A DNA stretch of 64,000 nucleotides, taken from assembly GCA_963801195.1 (NCBI GenBank), contig CAWDDX010000007.1:1129695-1193694 (forward strand), read 5' to 3'. Source of the stretch: an uncultured Gammaproteobacteria bacterium (GTDB lineage Bacteria > Pseudomonadota > Gammaproteobacteria > Xanthomonadales > SZUA-36). The notes beneath the pieces were generated by a model. It was not told the DNA's origin, made no database searches, and saw nothing but the letters and a program-made list of their open reading frames with translations. This document shows, one piece after another, positions 1 to 10,906 of this stretch (the first letter of the stretch is position 1; the number at the start of each line of letters is the position of its first letter). The position numbers and the translations under genes were made by a program.

Positions 1-362
1 CGGACGACATCGTGGATTTCGCGGCGACGCTGATGGATTGGCGTCATATCCGGCATATTCCGGTTGAAGGTGATGATGGGGAACTGGTTGGCCTGTTGTC
101 GCACCGTGCCCTGTTACGCCTGGTGGCGGAGGGCAGGGTTGGTGGTGAAAACAAGGTCTCAGTCAGGGAGATCATGACCAGGAATCCGGTCACCATAGAT
201 TCCGATGCCACCACGGTCGATGCGATACGCCTGATGCGCACCGCAAAGGTGGCATGTCTGCCGGTGGTAGACAACGGCAAACTGATTGGCCTGGTCACTG
301 AACATGATCTCATCGTGGTCTCGTCCCATCTATTGGAGCGTTACCTTGAAGAGTCCAAATAA
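1..362 (+). CDS. CBS-domain protein, C-terminal fragment (5' end lies outside the window)
   Basis: The frame of ORF 12..362 stays open back to the window edge. It has two CBS-like segments (HIPVEGDDGELVGLLSHRALL and ACLPVVDNGKLIGLVTEHDLI). Confidence 0.6.
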   Translation, partial: DDIVDFAATLMDWRHIRHIPVEGDDGELVGLLSHRALLRLVAEGRVGGENKVSVREIMTRNPVTIDSDATTVDAIRLMRTAKVACLPVVDNGKLIGLVTEHDLIVVSSHLLERYLEESK

Positions 363-368
363 GCCGGA

Positions 369-827
369 ATGAAGCCTTTTTTGAGCCTCGTCCTTGCGGT
401 TCTGCTGGTGGCCGCCTGCGGTGAAAAACTGAGTGTCGAACAGCAGATAATTGCGACCCTGCGTAACATGGAGTTTGCCGCCGAAGAAGGTCAGCACCTC
501 GACTTTATGACCTACATAGCGGATTCATTCAGTGGCCAGCAGGGCTCGATGGACCGGCGGGAGTTCCACCGCTTCATGATTTTTCAAATCAATCAGAACC
601 GGCGTCTGCAGGCGCAGTTCTTTCCCATCTTTGTCAGCGAAACGGGTGACGATACGGCTTCTGCCCATTTTAAGCTGTTGGTGACCGGCGGCGCCGGACT
701 GTTGCCGGAAAGCGGACAGTTGTTCGAGGTGGAAACCCAATGGGTGCGTGATGGCGGTGACTGGTTGTTGACCGGGGCCGACTGGCAAGCCGTGCGTTTG
801 CCTGACTTGCCAACGGAGCGGACCTAG
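369..827 (+). CDS. hypothetical lipoprotein
   Basis: 152-aa ORF starting 7 nt after the CBS gene. Signal peptide with lipobox LVAAC. No recognisable catalytic motif. Confidence 0.5.
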   Translation: MKPFLSLVLAVLLVAACGEKLSVEQQIIATLRNMEFAAEEGQHLDFMTYIADSFSGQQGSMDRREFHRFMIFQINQNRRLQAQFFPIFVSETGDDTASAHFKLLVTGGAGLLPESGQLFEVETQWVRDGGDWLLTGADWQAVRLPDLPTERT

Positions 828-941
828 TGCTGTGTATACCCTAAAACGTCGGATCAATGGTCACCAGAATGTCCATCACGGCGTTTTACTCACAAATTCC
901 CGGTTCTCGGAATTTGAGAATCCCTGGTCTACAATCAGTTC

Positions 942-3900
942 ATGTCCATGGATAATACGCCCCTGTCTTTAAGCGATGACTTCCACCCGGCGGTGCGTCG
1001 CTGGTTCACGGGCAAGTTCATATCACCAACGCTGGTGCAGACCGCAGCCTGGAAGGAAATCGGCCGACGGCAGCGGGTGTTGATCGCCGCTCCGACCGGT
1101 AGTGGCAAGACCCTGGCCGCGTTTCTGTGTGCGGTCAATGACCTGGTTCTGAAAAGCCGCCGGAGTGGTTTGGAAGACAGGGTCCACGTGCTTTATGTGT
1201 CACCACTCAAGGCGCTTTCAAACGACATAGAAAAAAATCTGCAGGTGCCGCTGAAAGGCATCTCTGATGAACTGGCAGCTGATGGTGAACCGGCGCACAA
1301 CATCCGTGCCGCGGTCAGAACCGGTGACACACCGACGGCCGAGCGCACAAAGATGGCCAGGAAGCCACCACACATCCTGGTTACGACACCCGAGTCCCTG
1401 TACCTTTTGCTGACCTCGGTCTCCGGGCGTAACATGCTGTCCGGTCTCTCCACGGTGATCGTGGACGAAATACATGCGCTGGCGGGTAACAAGCGCGGCA
1501 GCCACCTGTCGTTGTCCCTCGCAAGGCTCGATGCACTGTGTCGCGTCCCCCCATCACGGATCGGCTTGTCAGCCACGCAGAAACCGATAAAGAGAATCGC
1601 AGACTACCTGTGCGGCGGCAGGGAATGTGCAATTGTCGATACCGGTCACAAAAGACACATGGACATCCGGCTCGAGTTGCCGGAATCACCATTGTCGCCG
1701 GTACTGGCCAACGAGGTCTGGGAGGAGCTCTACAATAAATTGGTTGGATATATCCTCGAGCACCGTACCACGCTGATATTCGTCAACACCCGCCGGTTGG
1801 CGGAGCGTATTGCACGCCACCTGGCGGAAAGGTTGGGTGAGGATGCCGTGACCGCCCACCACGGCAGCCTGTCACGCAAGCATCGTCTGCAGGCGGAACA
1901 GGCGCTCAAATCCGGCCAGCTCAAGGCACTGGTGGCCACTGCATCGCTGGAACTCGGTATCGATATCGGTCATGTCGACCTGGTTTGCCAGATGGGCACT
2001 CCGGGCAGCATTTCCGCGCTGTTGCAACGTATTGGCCGGTCGGGGCACGCGGTGGGCGAGACGCCCAAAGGCCGGTTGTTCCCGTTAAGCAGGGATGACC
2101 TGGTGGAATGCGTGGCCTTGCAAAAGGCGCTTGAATCGGGAGAGTTGGATACCATTGTCATACCCACGGCACCGCTGGACGTGCTGGCCCAACAACTGGT
2201 GGCCGAGTTATCGGTGCGCGACTGGCAGGTGGATGATCTGTTACGCCTGGTGCGCACGGCCTGGCCCTATCATGACCTGGCGGAGAACCAGTTTCTGGCG
2301 GTCGTGCGAATGCTGGCAGATGGGTATTCCACCCGTCGTGGCAGACGTTCGGCGCTGGTGTTTTATGACGCGATCAACCGGCAAGCGAAAGGCCGTCCGG
2401 CGGCGCGTTTGACAGCGCTCCAGAACGGCGGCGCCATCCCGGATCATTTCGATTACGAGGTCATCATGTTGCCACAGGGTCACCGCATTGGCACCCTGAA
2501 CGAGGATTTTGCCTTCGAGAGCGTCCCGGGTGATATTTTTCAGCTCGGCAATACCAGCTACCGCATGTTAAAAATCGAACAGGGCAGGGTGCTGGTCGAG
2601 GATGCGCATGGCCAGCCTCCGACGATTCCCTTTCTGGCTTGGCGATCGGCCCGGCCGCAGCGACGAACTGTCTGCAGCGGTTTCAGATCTCCGAAATGAG
2701 ATTGAACAAAGTCTTAAAGAACATGAACCTGCGGTTGTTATTGAAAAATTTGTGAAGAAGGAATTTCAGCAATCGCCGCGCAACAAATGGTCGATTACCT
2801 GTATGCGTCCCTGCAGGCATTGGGCTGTCTGCCGACCCGCAACAGGATCGTGATGGAACGGTTTTTTGACGATTCGGGTGATATGCACCTGGTGGTGCAT
2901 GCGCCGCTTGGATCTCGCCTGATGCGCGCCTGGGGCCTGGCGCTGCGTAAACGTTTTTGCCGGCAGTTCAATTTTGAGCTACAGGCATCCGCGCTCGAGG
3001 ATTCGCTGATCCTGTCCCTGGGCGAAACACACAGTTTCGAAATAGCCGATGTCGCGGGCTATCTGAAATCCGGAACGGTGCGGGATGTGCTTGACCCAAG
3101 CCTTGCTGGATGCACCGATGTTTGAACTGCGCTGGCGTTGGAACGCGACCATTGCACTGGCCGTGCAGCGCATGCGTAACGGTAAGAAGCTGCCACCCCA
3201 ATGGCAAAGGAACCAGGCCGAAGACCTGGTGGCCGTGGTCTTTCCCGACCAGATCGCCTGCTTTGAAAATATACGCGGTGCACGTGAAATACCCGATCAT
3301 CCGTTGGTCAACCAGACCATCAGCGACTGCCTGACCGATACGATGGACATCGAGGGCCTGGAAAAACTTCTTGTTGAACTGTCCGCCGGTGACATCGAGA
3401 TACGCTGTCTCGACCTGGTGGGGCCGTCGCCGCTTGCCCGTGAAATCATCAACGCACGACCCTATGCGTTTCTCGATGACGGCGAGGCCGAAAACCGTCG
3501 CACACGCGCCATCGGCAATGACCCGGACGATCTTTCTTCCGCCAGCACACTCAGTATCATCAGTGTCGAGGCACGGACCCAGGTTCGTGATGAAGCCTGG
3601 ATACAACCGCGCAACGCAGACGAATTACATGATGGACTGTTGCAACTGGGATTTTTGACGCGTGCGGAATTCATCAGTGGCAATTCCAGTTGTGGCGCCG
3701 CCGGCAACGCGAGCCTTTGGGGACAGTGGTTCTCGTCCCTGGGTGAAGACTTTCGGGTCTGCAGCATCAAGTCAAGTGTGGATGGAAATGCACAGGCGGG
3801 GCGCTGGTGGGTGGCGTCCGAACGTCTGCCGGAGTGGTTGGCCATACACACGCAAGCCCAATTTTCACCCGATCCCACCGCTTTGCTGCCCGAAGGTGCG

Positions 3901-5286
3901 GCCTGTGAGCGTGACGATGCCCTGGCGGGCTTGCTGAGAAGCCGTATGAGCGGCCTGGGGCCCGTTAGCCGGGCCCGGCTGGCAGAGGACTTCGGTCTTG
4001 ATGAGGATAGTCTACAGCGCGCCTTGCTGAGGTTGCAGAACGAAGGTTTCGCCATCCAGATGCACGATGAAGCCACCCAAAACCTCTGGTGTGAACGGCG
4101 CCTGCTGGCACGCATACACCGCTATAGCCGGGAACAACGGCGTCGTGCGGTGAAACCGGTTTCTCCGGCACAATTTATGAGTTTCCTGCTCCACTGGCAT
4201 GCTCTGGATGATGCCGGTGCGGATCTGGACCAGGCGCTGTCCCTGCTGCACGGCTGGTCCGCACCCGCCGCCATATGGGAGCACAACTTGTTGGGGATGC
4301 GGTGTAAGGAATATTCTGCCGACCAGTTGGATTACCGCTTCCTGAGCGGGCAACTGGCCTGGTTTCGACCCGCTTCATTACCCGAGCAGGCGGGCACTAT
4401 CGTGTCGGCAACTCCACTGGCGATCGTGCCACGTGTCAATATCCGTCAATGGCTGCCGGAACCACCGGACCCCGGTTCGATCACAGACTCGCTTGCCGCG
4501 CGCGTCCTCGTACTGCTGAAGCATAATGGCGCCATGTTTACATCAGACCTCGAACAGATGTCAGGCCTGTTACGGCCACAACTCGAGCAGGCTTTGAAAT
4601 CCCTCATTGCCGCAGGCGTGGTGACCTCCGATGCGTTCTCACCTGTGCGTTGGTTACTGCGCCCTGAAGCGCAAAAATTGCGCCGTTCAAGACAGGCGAA
4701 ACGTCACGCCCCCAACTTTCCGGTTGGCCGATGGAGCACCACTGCCGACGGCTTTGGCGATCAACACGCCGGCATGTTGAGCAATGACGCCCAACAGAGA
4801 CAGGCCGTCATCTGCCAATCCCTGTTGCGCCGCTACGGTGTCGTATTCCGTGCGGTCATACAGCGCGAGACACTGTTGCCGCCGTGGCGGGAACTGCTGC
4901 AGTACCTGAGAAGAATGGAGGACCGTGGTGAAGTCCGGGGCGGGCGCTTCGTGGATGGATTCTCGGGTGAACAGTTTGCATTGCCCGAAGCGCTCGGCTT
5001 GCTTCGCCAACCCACGGAAAGCAAAGGCAAACCCGTGTTCACGGTGATCAGTGCCTGTGACCCGTTAAACCTGGGTGGTTTGATCGTTCCCGGTGCGAAG
5101 ACCCCGGCAACGACTGCTAACCGTATCCTGTTGGAAAACGGCTTGCCGGTGGCGCGGGTTCTGGGCGACGAACTCGAGGAGTTCCCCGGCATCGGCAACC
5201 AGGCACGCAGGGAAGCCCGCGCGCGACTACCGGTGGTAAAGCACTGGACCGGCCCGATTTCAAAAAGTACAGCGGGTTCAGCTTGA
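942..5286 (+). pseudogene. lhr: Lhr-type large ATP-dependent helicase with the reading frame broken three times
   Basis: Four consecutive same-strand ORFs (942..2699, 2602..2853, 2787..3125, 3085..5286) sum to about 1448 aa. Motifs: Walker [13 protein letters not shown] box, helicase motif [10 protein letters not shown], and a long Lhr-type C-terminal extension. The protein sequence continues seamlessly across frames near 2630, 2755 and 3092. Confidence 0.8.
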
Positions 5287-5733
5287 TAGGAGCGGATGCC
5301 AATTCAATAGTCACCTCCGGTCGGGACCTTTGCCAAACCGGTATTTCGTGACCCCTGCGGAGGCACCTGCGGGTCAGATGTGTCAATTCAAAACCATCGT
5401 GGCCGGAAAACTGCGGCTGTAAGTGGTCCGGTTAGGGGAAGTCTTCAAGGCAGTCCGACTTGCTTCGCGCAGCTTGCAACACGCCGATATCGTTTGCAAA
5501 TATTGAATACTGTCAATTCTGACAGATGATGAACTACCTAGGATGATGTATAAATTTTACGTCAGAGTGAGAATTTCATTCTTCGACAGGGAAGTTACAA
5601 AGATAGTTTTTAAAACAAGGTAAGGGGATTACCACATGAGAGACTTACTCAACATCCGGGTATCGGATGTATTGGCTGCGCCATTCGCCACAAGCCGGGC
5701 GGTCATCAATTTCATCAATTCCAGCAGTCCGTC

Positions 5734-6990
5734 ATGAGCGCCGTACTGGGTCAGGCGGAGAGTTCTTCTGTTCTTGCGCATTTGGAAGGCAAGAGTTGGG
5801 GTACGAGCAAACCGCAAGCAAAACCAGAGCTGAGGCCGATGCGATGTTCCGGCGCCGGGAATCCGGTATCGTTACACGCCGTCAAATCAGAACCAACGGA
5901 AAATCCCGCACAAGCCGATAAATCAGGTCTGCTGATCTACGCACCCGGGGCAACACTTCGGCACTTGCTGCACAAGACGGTTGAACTGAATGCCAGCGAC
6001 CTGCATGTCCACAGTGGGTCCAATTTGCTGCTTCGTCATGGCGGCAAAATTTGTAACGCTTCATCTTCCGTACTCAGCGCACAGGATTGCGAGGGTCTGA
6101 TCTGGCCCATAATGAACGAGACGCAACGCAAAATCCTGAGTAAAAGGTTCCAGGTTGATTTTGCTTACGAGATTCCCGGAGTAGGGCGCTTCCGCGCAAA
6201 CGTCTACAAACAACAGCGTGGCTACGATGCCACTTTCCGTGCCATCAAGGCCACTCCACCAACGCTCAAGGAACTCGGCTTGCCGGAAGATTTGAAGCGC
6301 TTCACCGATTTCCACCAGGGATTGATCCTGTTTACCGGTCCGGCAGGGTGCGGGAAATCTTCCACGATGGCCGCAATGGTGAACCTGATCAACGAGTACA
6401 GGCAGGACCATATTCTGACCATTGAGGATCCCATCGAGTATGTTTACCCTGCCGCCGAATGCAATGTCACCCAACGGGAAATCGGATATCAGACCGGGTC
6501 GTTTTCCACGGCCTTGCGCGCGGCACTGCGCGAGGACCCCGATGTAATCGTTATCGGTGAACTGCGTGATCTGGAGACTATTTCACTGGCAATAACTGCC
6601 GCTGAAACCGGCCACCTTGTGCTGGCGACACTCCACACATCAAACGCCATTCGCACCATCAACCGTTTGCTCGGTGTCTTTCCTCCGGACCAGATGTGTC
6701 AGATCCGACGGATGTTGTCAGAGTCGCTTAAAGTCGTTATCTCGCAGCGACTGGTCCAGCGGAATGACGGCCGGGGCCAGGTTCCGGCACTTGAGGTCAT
6801 GATCAACAACAACGCGACTGCCAACCTGATACGCGAAAATCGCACACACCAGATCAAGTCGATTCTTCAAACCGGCGGTTCGCAGGGTCAACGCCTTCTG
6901 GACACATCGCTGGCCAGGTTGGTCAAGGACAAGGTGATCAGTCAAAAGGAAGCACACAAGCACGCCGAAGAACCGAATAATTTCAGATAG
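5734..6990 (+). CDS. PilT/PilU-family type IV pilus retraction ATPase with an unusual N-terminal extension
   Basis: Walker A GPAGCGKSST, ILTIEDPIEY, Asp box REDPDVIVIGELRD, TGHLVLATLHT, and a PilT-type ANLIRE motif. The conserved core starts near LRHLLHKTVELNASDLHV. An alternative start ATG at 5839 is preceded by GAGG. Confidence 0.85.
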   Translation: MSAVLGQAESSSVLAHLEGKSWGTSKPQAKPELRPMRCSGAGNPVSLHAVKSEPTENPAQADKSGLLIYAPGATLRHLLHKTVELNASDLHVHSGSNLLLRHGGKICNASSSVLSAQDCEGLIWPIMNETQRKILSKRFQVDFAYEIPGVGRFRANVYKQQRGYDATFRAIKATPPTLKELGLPEDLKRFTDFHQGLILFTGPAGCGKSSTMAAMVNLINEYRQDHILTIEDPIEYVYPAAECNVTQREIGYQTGSFSTALRAALREDPDVIVIGELRDLETISLAITAAETGHLVLATLHTSNAIRTINRLLGVFPPDQMCQIRRMLSESLKVVISQRLVQRNDGRGQVPALEVMINNNATANLIRENRTHQIKSILQTGGSQGQRLLDTSLARLVKDKVISQKEAHKHAEEPNNFR

Positions 6991-7002
6991 CAGGAGAACG
7001 GT

Positions 7003-8064
7003 TTGGCCAGGATTGATGAACTATTCAGGTATCTGAAAAGCAAGCAGGGATCCGATTTGCACTTGCAAGCGACCCGGACTCCACGGGTGCGCATCCATGG
7101 CAGATTGCAGGATGTTGAAGGCTGGGAGCCACTTTCAGATGAAGAAGTAAGAGATCTGCTGTACGAGATCTCATCGGAGCAGCAGTGGGCGGATTACGAA
7201 GCCAGCGGCGATATCGACTTTGCCTGGGCGCTGCCGGGTGAGGCGCGTTTTCGTGTCAATTTCCTGCGCCAGCATCATGGCGCCGGGGCCATATTCCGCA
7301 TCATCCCTGAGAAGATACTCACTTTCGACCAGCTCAATATCCCCGAAGCGATTCGTTTACTGGCAGACCTTGAGCGTGGCCTGGTCCTTATTACCGGTCC
7401 CACCGGTTCCGGTAAATCCACGACCCTGGCTGCCATCATCAACGCCATAAACGAGAAATTCAGCAAGCATATTGTCACCATCGAAGACCCGGTTGAATTT
7501 GTTCACCCCAATAAGAAGTGTGTGCTGTCGCAGCGTGAGGTGGGTCAGGATGCGCTCAGCTTTGCCGAAGCCCTGAAAGCAACCATTCGTCAGGACGCCG
7601 ACGTAATACTGGTTGGTGAAATGCGTGATATGGAAACCATCGAGTTGGCCATTACCGCAGCCGAGATGGGAACACTTGTGTTCGGGACGCTGCATACCAA
7701 CAGCGCCACCAAGACCATCGATCGATTGATCGACGCATTTCCGGCCAGTCAGCAACCCCAGGTACGCAATACCCTGGCCGAATCGATTTGCGCAATCGTG
7801 TCACAACAGTTGGTCCCGACCGCCGATGGCCAGGGCCGGTGTGCCGCCTACGAGATACTGTTGCGAACCAACAGCCTGCCCAACATCATTCGAGAGGGCA
7901 ACACGACCATGTTGGCATCGGTGATCCAGGGCGGTGTTAACGACGGCATGTGCGCGATGGATGACTCGCTGGCTGCACTGCTCGGACAAGGCAAGATCAC
8001 TGCAGCGGCGGCCTTGTCCAAGGCGAAGGACAAGAATCGCTTCGCAGGCCTGAGGGAGGCATGA
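7003..8064 (+). CDS. pilT: PilT twitching-motility ATPase
   Basis: 353 aa with a TTG start 5 nt after AGGAGA. Motifs: GAGAIFRIIP, Walker A GPTGSGKSTT, IVTIEDPVEFVH, ILVGEMRD, GTLVFGTLHT, NIIREG. Confidence 0.85.
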   Translation: MARIDELFRYLKSKQGSDLHLQATRTPRVRIHGRLQDVEGWEPLSDEEVRDLLYEISSEQQWADYEASGDIDFAWALPGEARFRVNFLRQHHGAGAIFRIIPEKILTFDQLNIPEAIRLLADLERGLVLITGPTGSGKSTTLAAIINAINEKFSKHIVTIEDPVEFVHPNKKCVLSQREVGQDALSFAEALKATIRQDADVILVGEMRDMETIELAITAAEMGTLVFGTLHTNSATKTIDRLIDAFPASQQPQVRNTLAESICAIVSQQLVPTADGQGRCAAYEILLRTNSLPNIIREGNTTMLASVIQGGVNDGMCAMDDSLAALLGQGKITAAAALSKAKDKNRFAGLREA

Positions 8065-8264
8065 CGAGGCTTCGCGGCTACGCCCCCGTTTTGCTGTCCT
8101 CGAGGTATGACCGGATACACTTTTAGTCAACTTATCTGCTCTGTTTTTCAGATTTACGTTAATGTGTCACTATAAATTGACAAAAGACGGTCGGACACCA
8201 TGAATGACAGGTTATCGAAATTGGCCAACATCGCAGATAGCATCGGCGTGGTCGCAACAGAACA

Positions 8265-8807
8265 ATGAGCATACGCAGTCATGCCGGCTTGCACCCCGTG
8301 ATTTCAGAGGGTGTATATATCGACCCTGATTCGGTCGTCATCGGCGACGTGGTAATCGGTGAGGGCAGTTCAGTCTGGCCGATGACCGTAATCAGGGGTG
8401 ATATCCACCACATCCGTATTGGCAAAAGAACCAGTGTGCAGGACGGGAGCGTCCTGCACGTGACCCACGCCGGTCCGTATAACCCGGACGGATTTCCATT
8501 GATTATCGGCGATGACGTCACCATCGGTCACAAGGTCATGTTGCACGGGTGCACAATCGGCAACCGGATACTGATCGGAATGGCGGCGGTAATCATGGAC
8601 GGGGCGGTCGTACAGGATGAAGTGATCATTGCCGCCGGCACACTGGTGCCACCCGGCAAGGTGCTCGAGAGCGGATTTCTGTACAAGGGAAGCCCGGCAC
8701 AACAGGCCAGGCCGCTGACGGACAGGGAACTGACATTCTTCGATTACACGGCAAAGCGTTATGTCGACCTGGCCGCCAGGTACCTGGATGAATCTGCCCA
8801 GGGTTAA
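8265..8807 (+). CDS. gamma-carbonic-anhydrase-like / hexapeptide-repeat protein (YrdA/PaaY-like)
   Basis: 180 aa. Left-handed beta-helix hexapeptide pattern (VIGDVVIGEGSSVWPMTVIRGDIHHIRIGKRTSVQDGSVLHV) typical of the gamma-CA family. Confidence 0.75.
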   Translation: MSIRSHAGLHPVISEGVYIDPDSVVIGDVVIGEGSSVWPMTVIRGDIHHIRIGKRTSVQDGSVLHVTHAGPYNPDGFPLIIGDDVTIGHKVMLHGCTIGNRILIGMAAVIMDGAVVQDEVIIAAGTLVPPGKVLESGFLYKGSPAQQARPLTDRELTFFDYTAKRYVDLAARYLDESAQG

Positions 8808-8866
8808 GGACGTCAAATACCCGCACGCTGCGGATAACCGGATGGCAAGCAGTGCCCGGGCGTAAT

Positions 8867-9754
8867 TCAGACCACCAGGTCGGTCTTGGTTTTCTGGCGG
8901 CGCAGCAGGTAAATACCGCTGGCCATCACGATGATACAACCCAGCACCGTAAACCGGTCTGGTAATACTCCAAAAAACAGGTAACCAAGACCCAGGGCCC
9001 AGAATATCTGGCTGTACATAAAAGGCGCCACACTCGACGCCGGGGTGAAGGCATGCGATGCAATGATGCAGCTGTGGGCCGCTCCGCCGGCGATGCCGAT
9101 CATGGCCAGGGCAGTCCACTGTTGCCAGCCCACCGGCATTTCCCAGGTGAACGGCAGGATCATCAGCATGATCACGGCCCCCGCCATCGCGGTATAGAAC
9201 ATCGTCACCGGCGTCGGGTCCTCATCCGCGAGTTTACGGGTAATGATATTAAACAGGCTGGCGCATAAGGCCGCCCCGAATGTCAGCAGCGCGCCATAGC
9301 CGAGGGCACCGCTGCCCGGCCGGGTGATAACCAGCATACCCGCAAACCCGACAGTGACCGCGACCAGGCGTGGCCACTCGACACGCTCCCCAAGCAGCGG
9401 CACGGATAGCAATACCACCAGTATAGGTACGCTGAAAAATATTGCGGTGGCCTCGGCGAGACCAATCAGGGTCAACGAGAAAAAGTAAAGTGCGGTATCA
9501 ATCAACAGGAGAACAGAGCGGCCGATTTGCACGACCGGGCGATGTGCCCTGAACAGCGTCAGCCCATGTCGTGGCATCAGAACCACGATCATTAACAGCA
9601 GGTGTCCGAGGTATCGCGCGCCGATTACCTGCAGCATCGGCAGGCTTTGCCCCAGGTACTTGGCCATTGCCTCCTGGCAGGCTATCAACGCGACCGCCAT
9701 GCACATCAGGAAAATGCCTTTCAGCGGTTCATCGCCACTTCTGGTTCCGTGCAT
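8867..9754 (-). CDS. DMT-superfamily (EamA-like) transporter
   Basis: 295 aa with about 10 hydrophobic helices in two similar halves, the typical EamA duplication. Confidence 0.7.
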   Translation of the reverse strand: MHGTRSGDEPLKGIFLMCMAVALIACQEAMAKYLGQSLPMLQVIGARYLGHLLLMIVVLMPRHGLTLFRAHRPVVQIGRSVLLLIDTALYFFSLTLIGLAEATAIFFSVPILVVLLSVPLLGERVEWPRLVAVTVGFAGMLVITRPGSGALGYGALLTFGAALCASLFNIITRKLADEDPTPVTMFYTAMAGAVIMLMILPFTWEMPVGWQQWTALAMIGIAGGAAHSCIIASHAFTPASSVAPFMYSQIFWALGLGYLFFGVLPDRFTVLGCIIVMASGIYLLRRQKTKTDLVV

Positions 9755-9768
9755 CGCTTATGGCTTTG

Positions 9769-10251
9769 TCAACTGTCCGCAAGATCCACGAGGGCTTTCC
9801 CGGTCAGCCGGTACGCGACCCATTCATCCTGCGGCCTGGCGCCAAGGGACTGGTAGAATTTGATCGCGGGCTCGTTCCAGTCGAGTACGCTCCATTCGAA
9901 GCGGCCGCAATTTCTGGACAGTGCAATTTGCGCGAGGTGTTTCAGGAGCGCCTTACCAGCACCCGCTCCGCGGTATTCCGGTGAAACGTACAAATCCTCG
10001 AGATACAAGCCATTTTTGCCCAGCCAGGTGGAATAGTTGAAAAAATAAACCGCAAATCCAACCGGTCGGTGATCGATTTCGCAAATAAGGGCCTGGGTCG
10101 TTGAACCCGTGGCAAACAACGACTCCCGGATGTCATTTTCCGAAGCAACAACCGCATCCTCGGCATTCTCATAGATCGCAAGGTCGGTGATAAAGCGCAG
10201 GATCAACGCAGAATCATCTGCAGTCGCTGGTCGAATTTCGATGTTTGGCAT
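9769..10251 (-). CDS. GNAT-family N-acetyltransferase (diamine/spermidine acetyltransferase-like)
   Basis: 160 aa. Acetyl-CoA binding motif YVSPEYRGAGAGKALLKHL (R/Q-x-x-G-x-G/A). Confidence 0.75.
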   Translation of the reverse strand: MPNIEIRPATADDSALILRFITDLAIYENAEDAVVASENDIRESLFATGSTTQALICEIDHRPVGFAVYFFNYSTWLGKNGLYLEDLYVSPEYRGAGAGKALLKHLAQIALSRNCGRFEWSVLDWNEPAIKFYQSLGARPQDEWVAYRLTGKALVDLADS

Positions 10252-10543
10252 GGCTTACTCCCGGTACTTTGTATTGTGGCTTCGGAGAAGAATGTTTCTC
10301 AGTGTCATTCCTGTCATTTCTTCGAGCCCCTATCGTGGGAAGGCCTGATATACCCGGTTGAATCGGGGCTGTTATCATCTGTAACGTGGGATTCTAACCG
10401 CGATTATTACACAGTGGGAGGATGGCAGGGAAAGCTCGGAAAATCCGTCGAGGACAGCCCGAGGTTGAAAGCTACCGGACCAGTCGATAACAGTAATTGA
10501 TCCTCGCCAGCTGAAAAAATAAATCTGGATTGACGGTGAACCT

Positions 10544-10906
10544 TCAGTGTTTCGAAAGCAGCCAGGCGAGGGCATCACCTTCAACGCTGAAATGTCTCGC
10601 AATGTACCCGTCTGTAAAGGTGAAAGCGTTGAAAAGCTCTGACTTTTCATCTATCAATTCGGGTTTGCAAAGACAAGCCAGGTGTATATCCGGCATATTT
10701 TTACTGATGCTGTGAATTTCGTGATTTGCAATGTCGCGTTTTTCGACCGTCGATTCATTGAGCAGGACTTTGCGGCATTTGCACTTCCGGCATTCCGAGT
10801 CGATCAGCTTGAGGATTGCAATGGCACGTTGGGGATTGATTGTCCTATCGGAAATCGTCGCAACCAGGTAAGCGTCCCTTTCGACGTATTCGAATAGTAC
10901 CGTCAT
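10544..10906 (-). CDS. hypothetical protein (orphan, AT-rich context)
   Basis: 120-aa ORF with no motif I can assign. It sits in a visibly AT-richer gap between the GNAT gene and acnA. Confidence 0.4.
   Translation of the reverse strand: MTVLFEYVERDAYLVATISDRTINPQRAIAILKLIDSECRKCKCRKVLLNESTVEKRDIANHEIHSISKNMPDIHLACLCKPELIDEKSELFNAFTFTDGYIARHFSVEGDALAWLLSKH

Noticed and set aside
2968-4353. Several 100-217-aa minus-strand ORFs within lhr
   Set aside because: They are antisense to helicase sequence that has clear homology patterns, and their Arg/Ser/Pro-rich composition is typical of shadow ORFs.
8200-8268. 22-codon upstream ORF ending in ATGA at the start of the gamma-CA-like gene
   Set aside because: It has no convincing ribosome-binding site and is very short, so it is most likely chance.
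8370-9119. 249-aa minus-strand ORF overlapping the gamma-CA-like gene and the DMT transporter gene
   Set aside because: It runs antisense or out of frame through two genes that have clear family motifs. Its composition (Pro/Arg/Gly/His-rich) is not protein-like.
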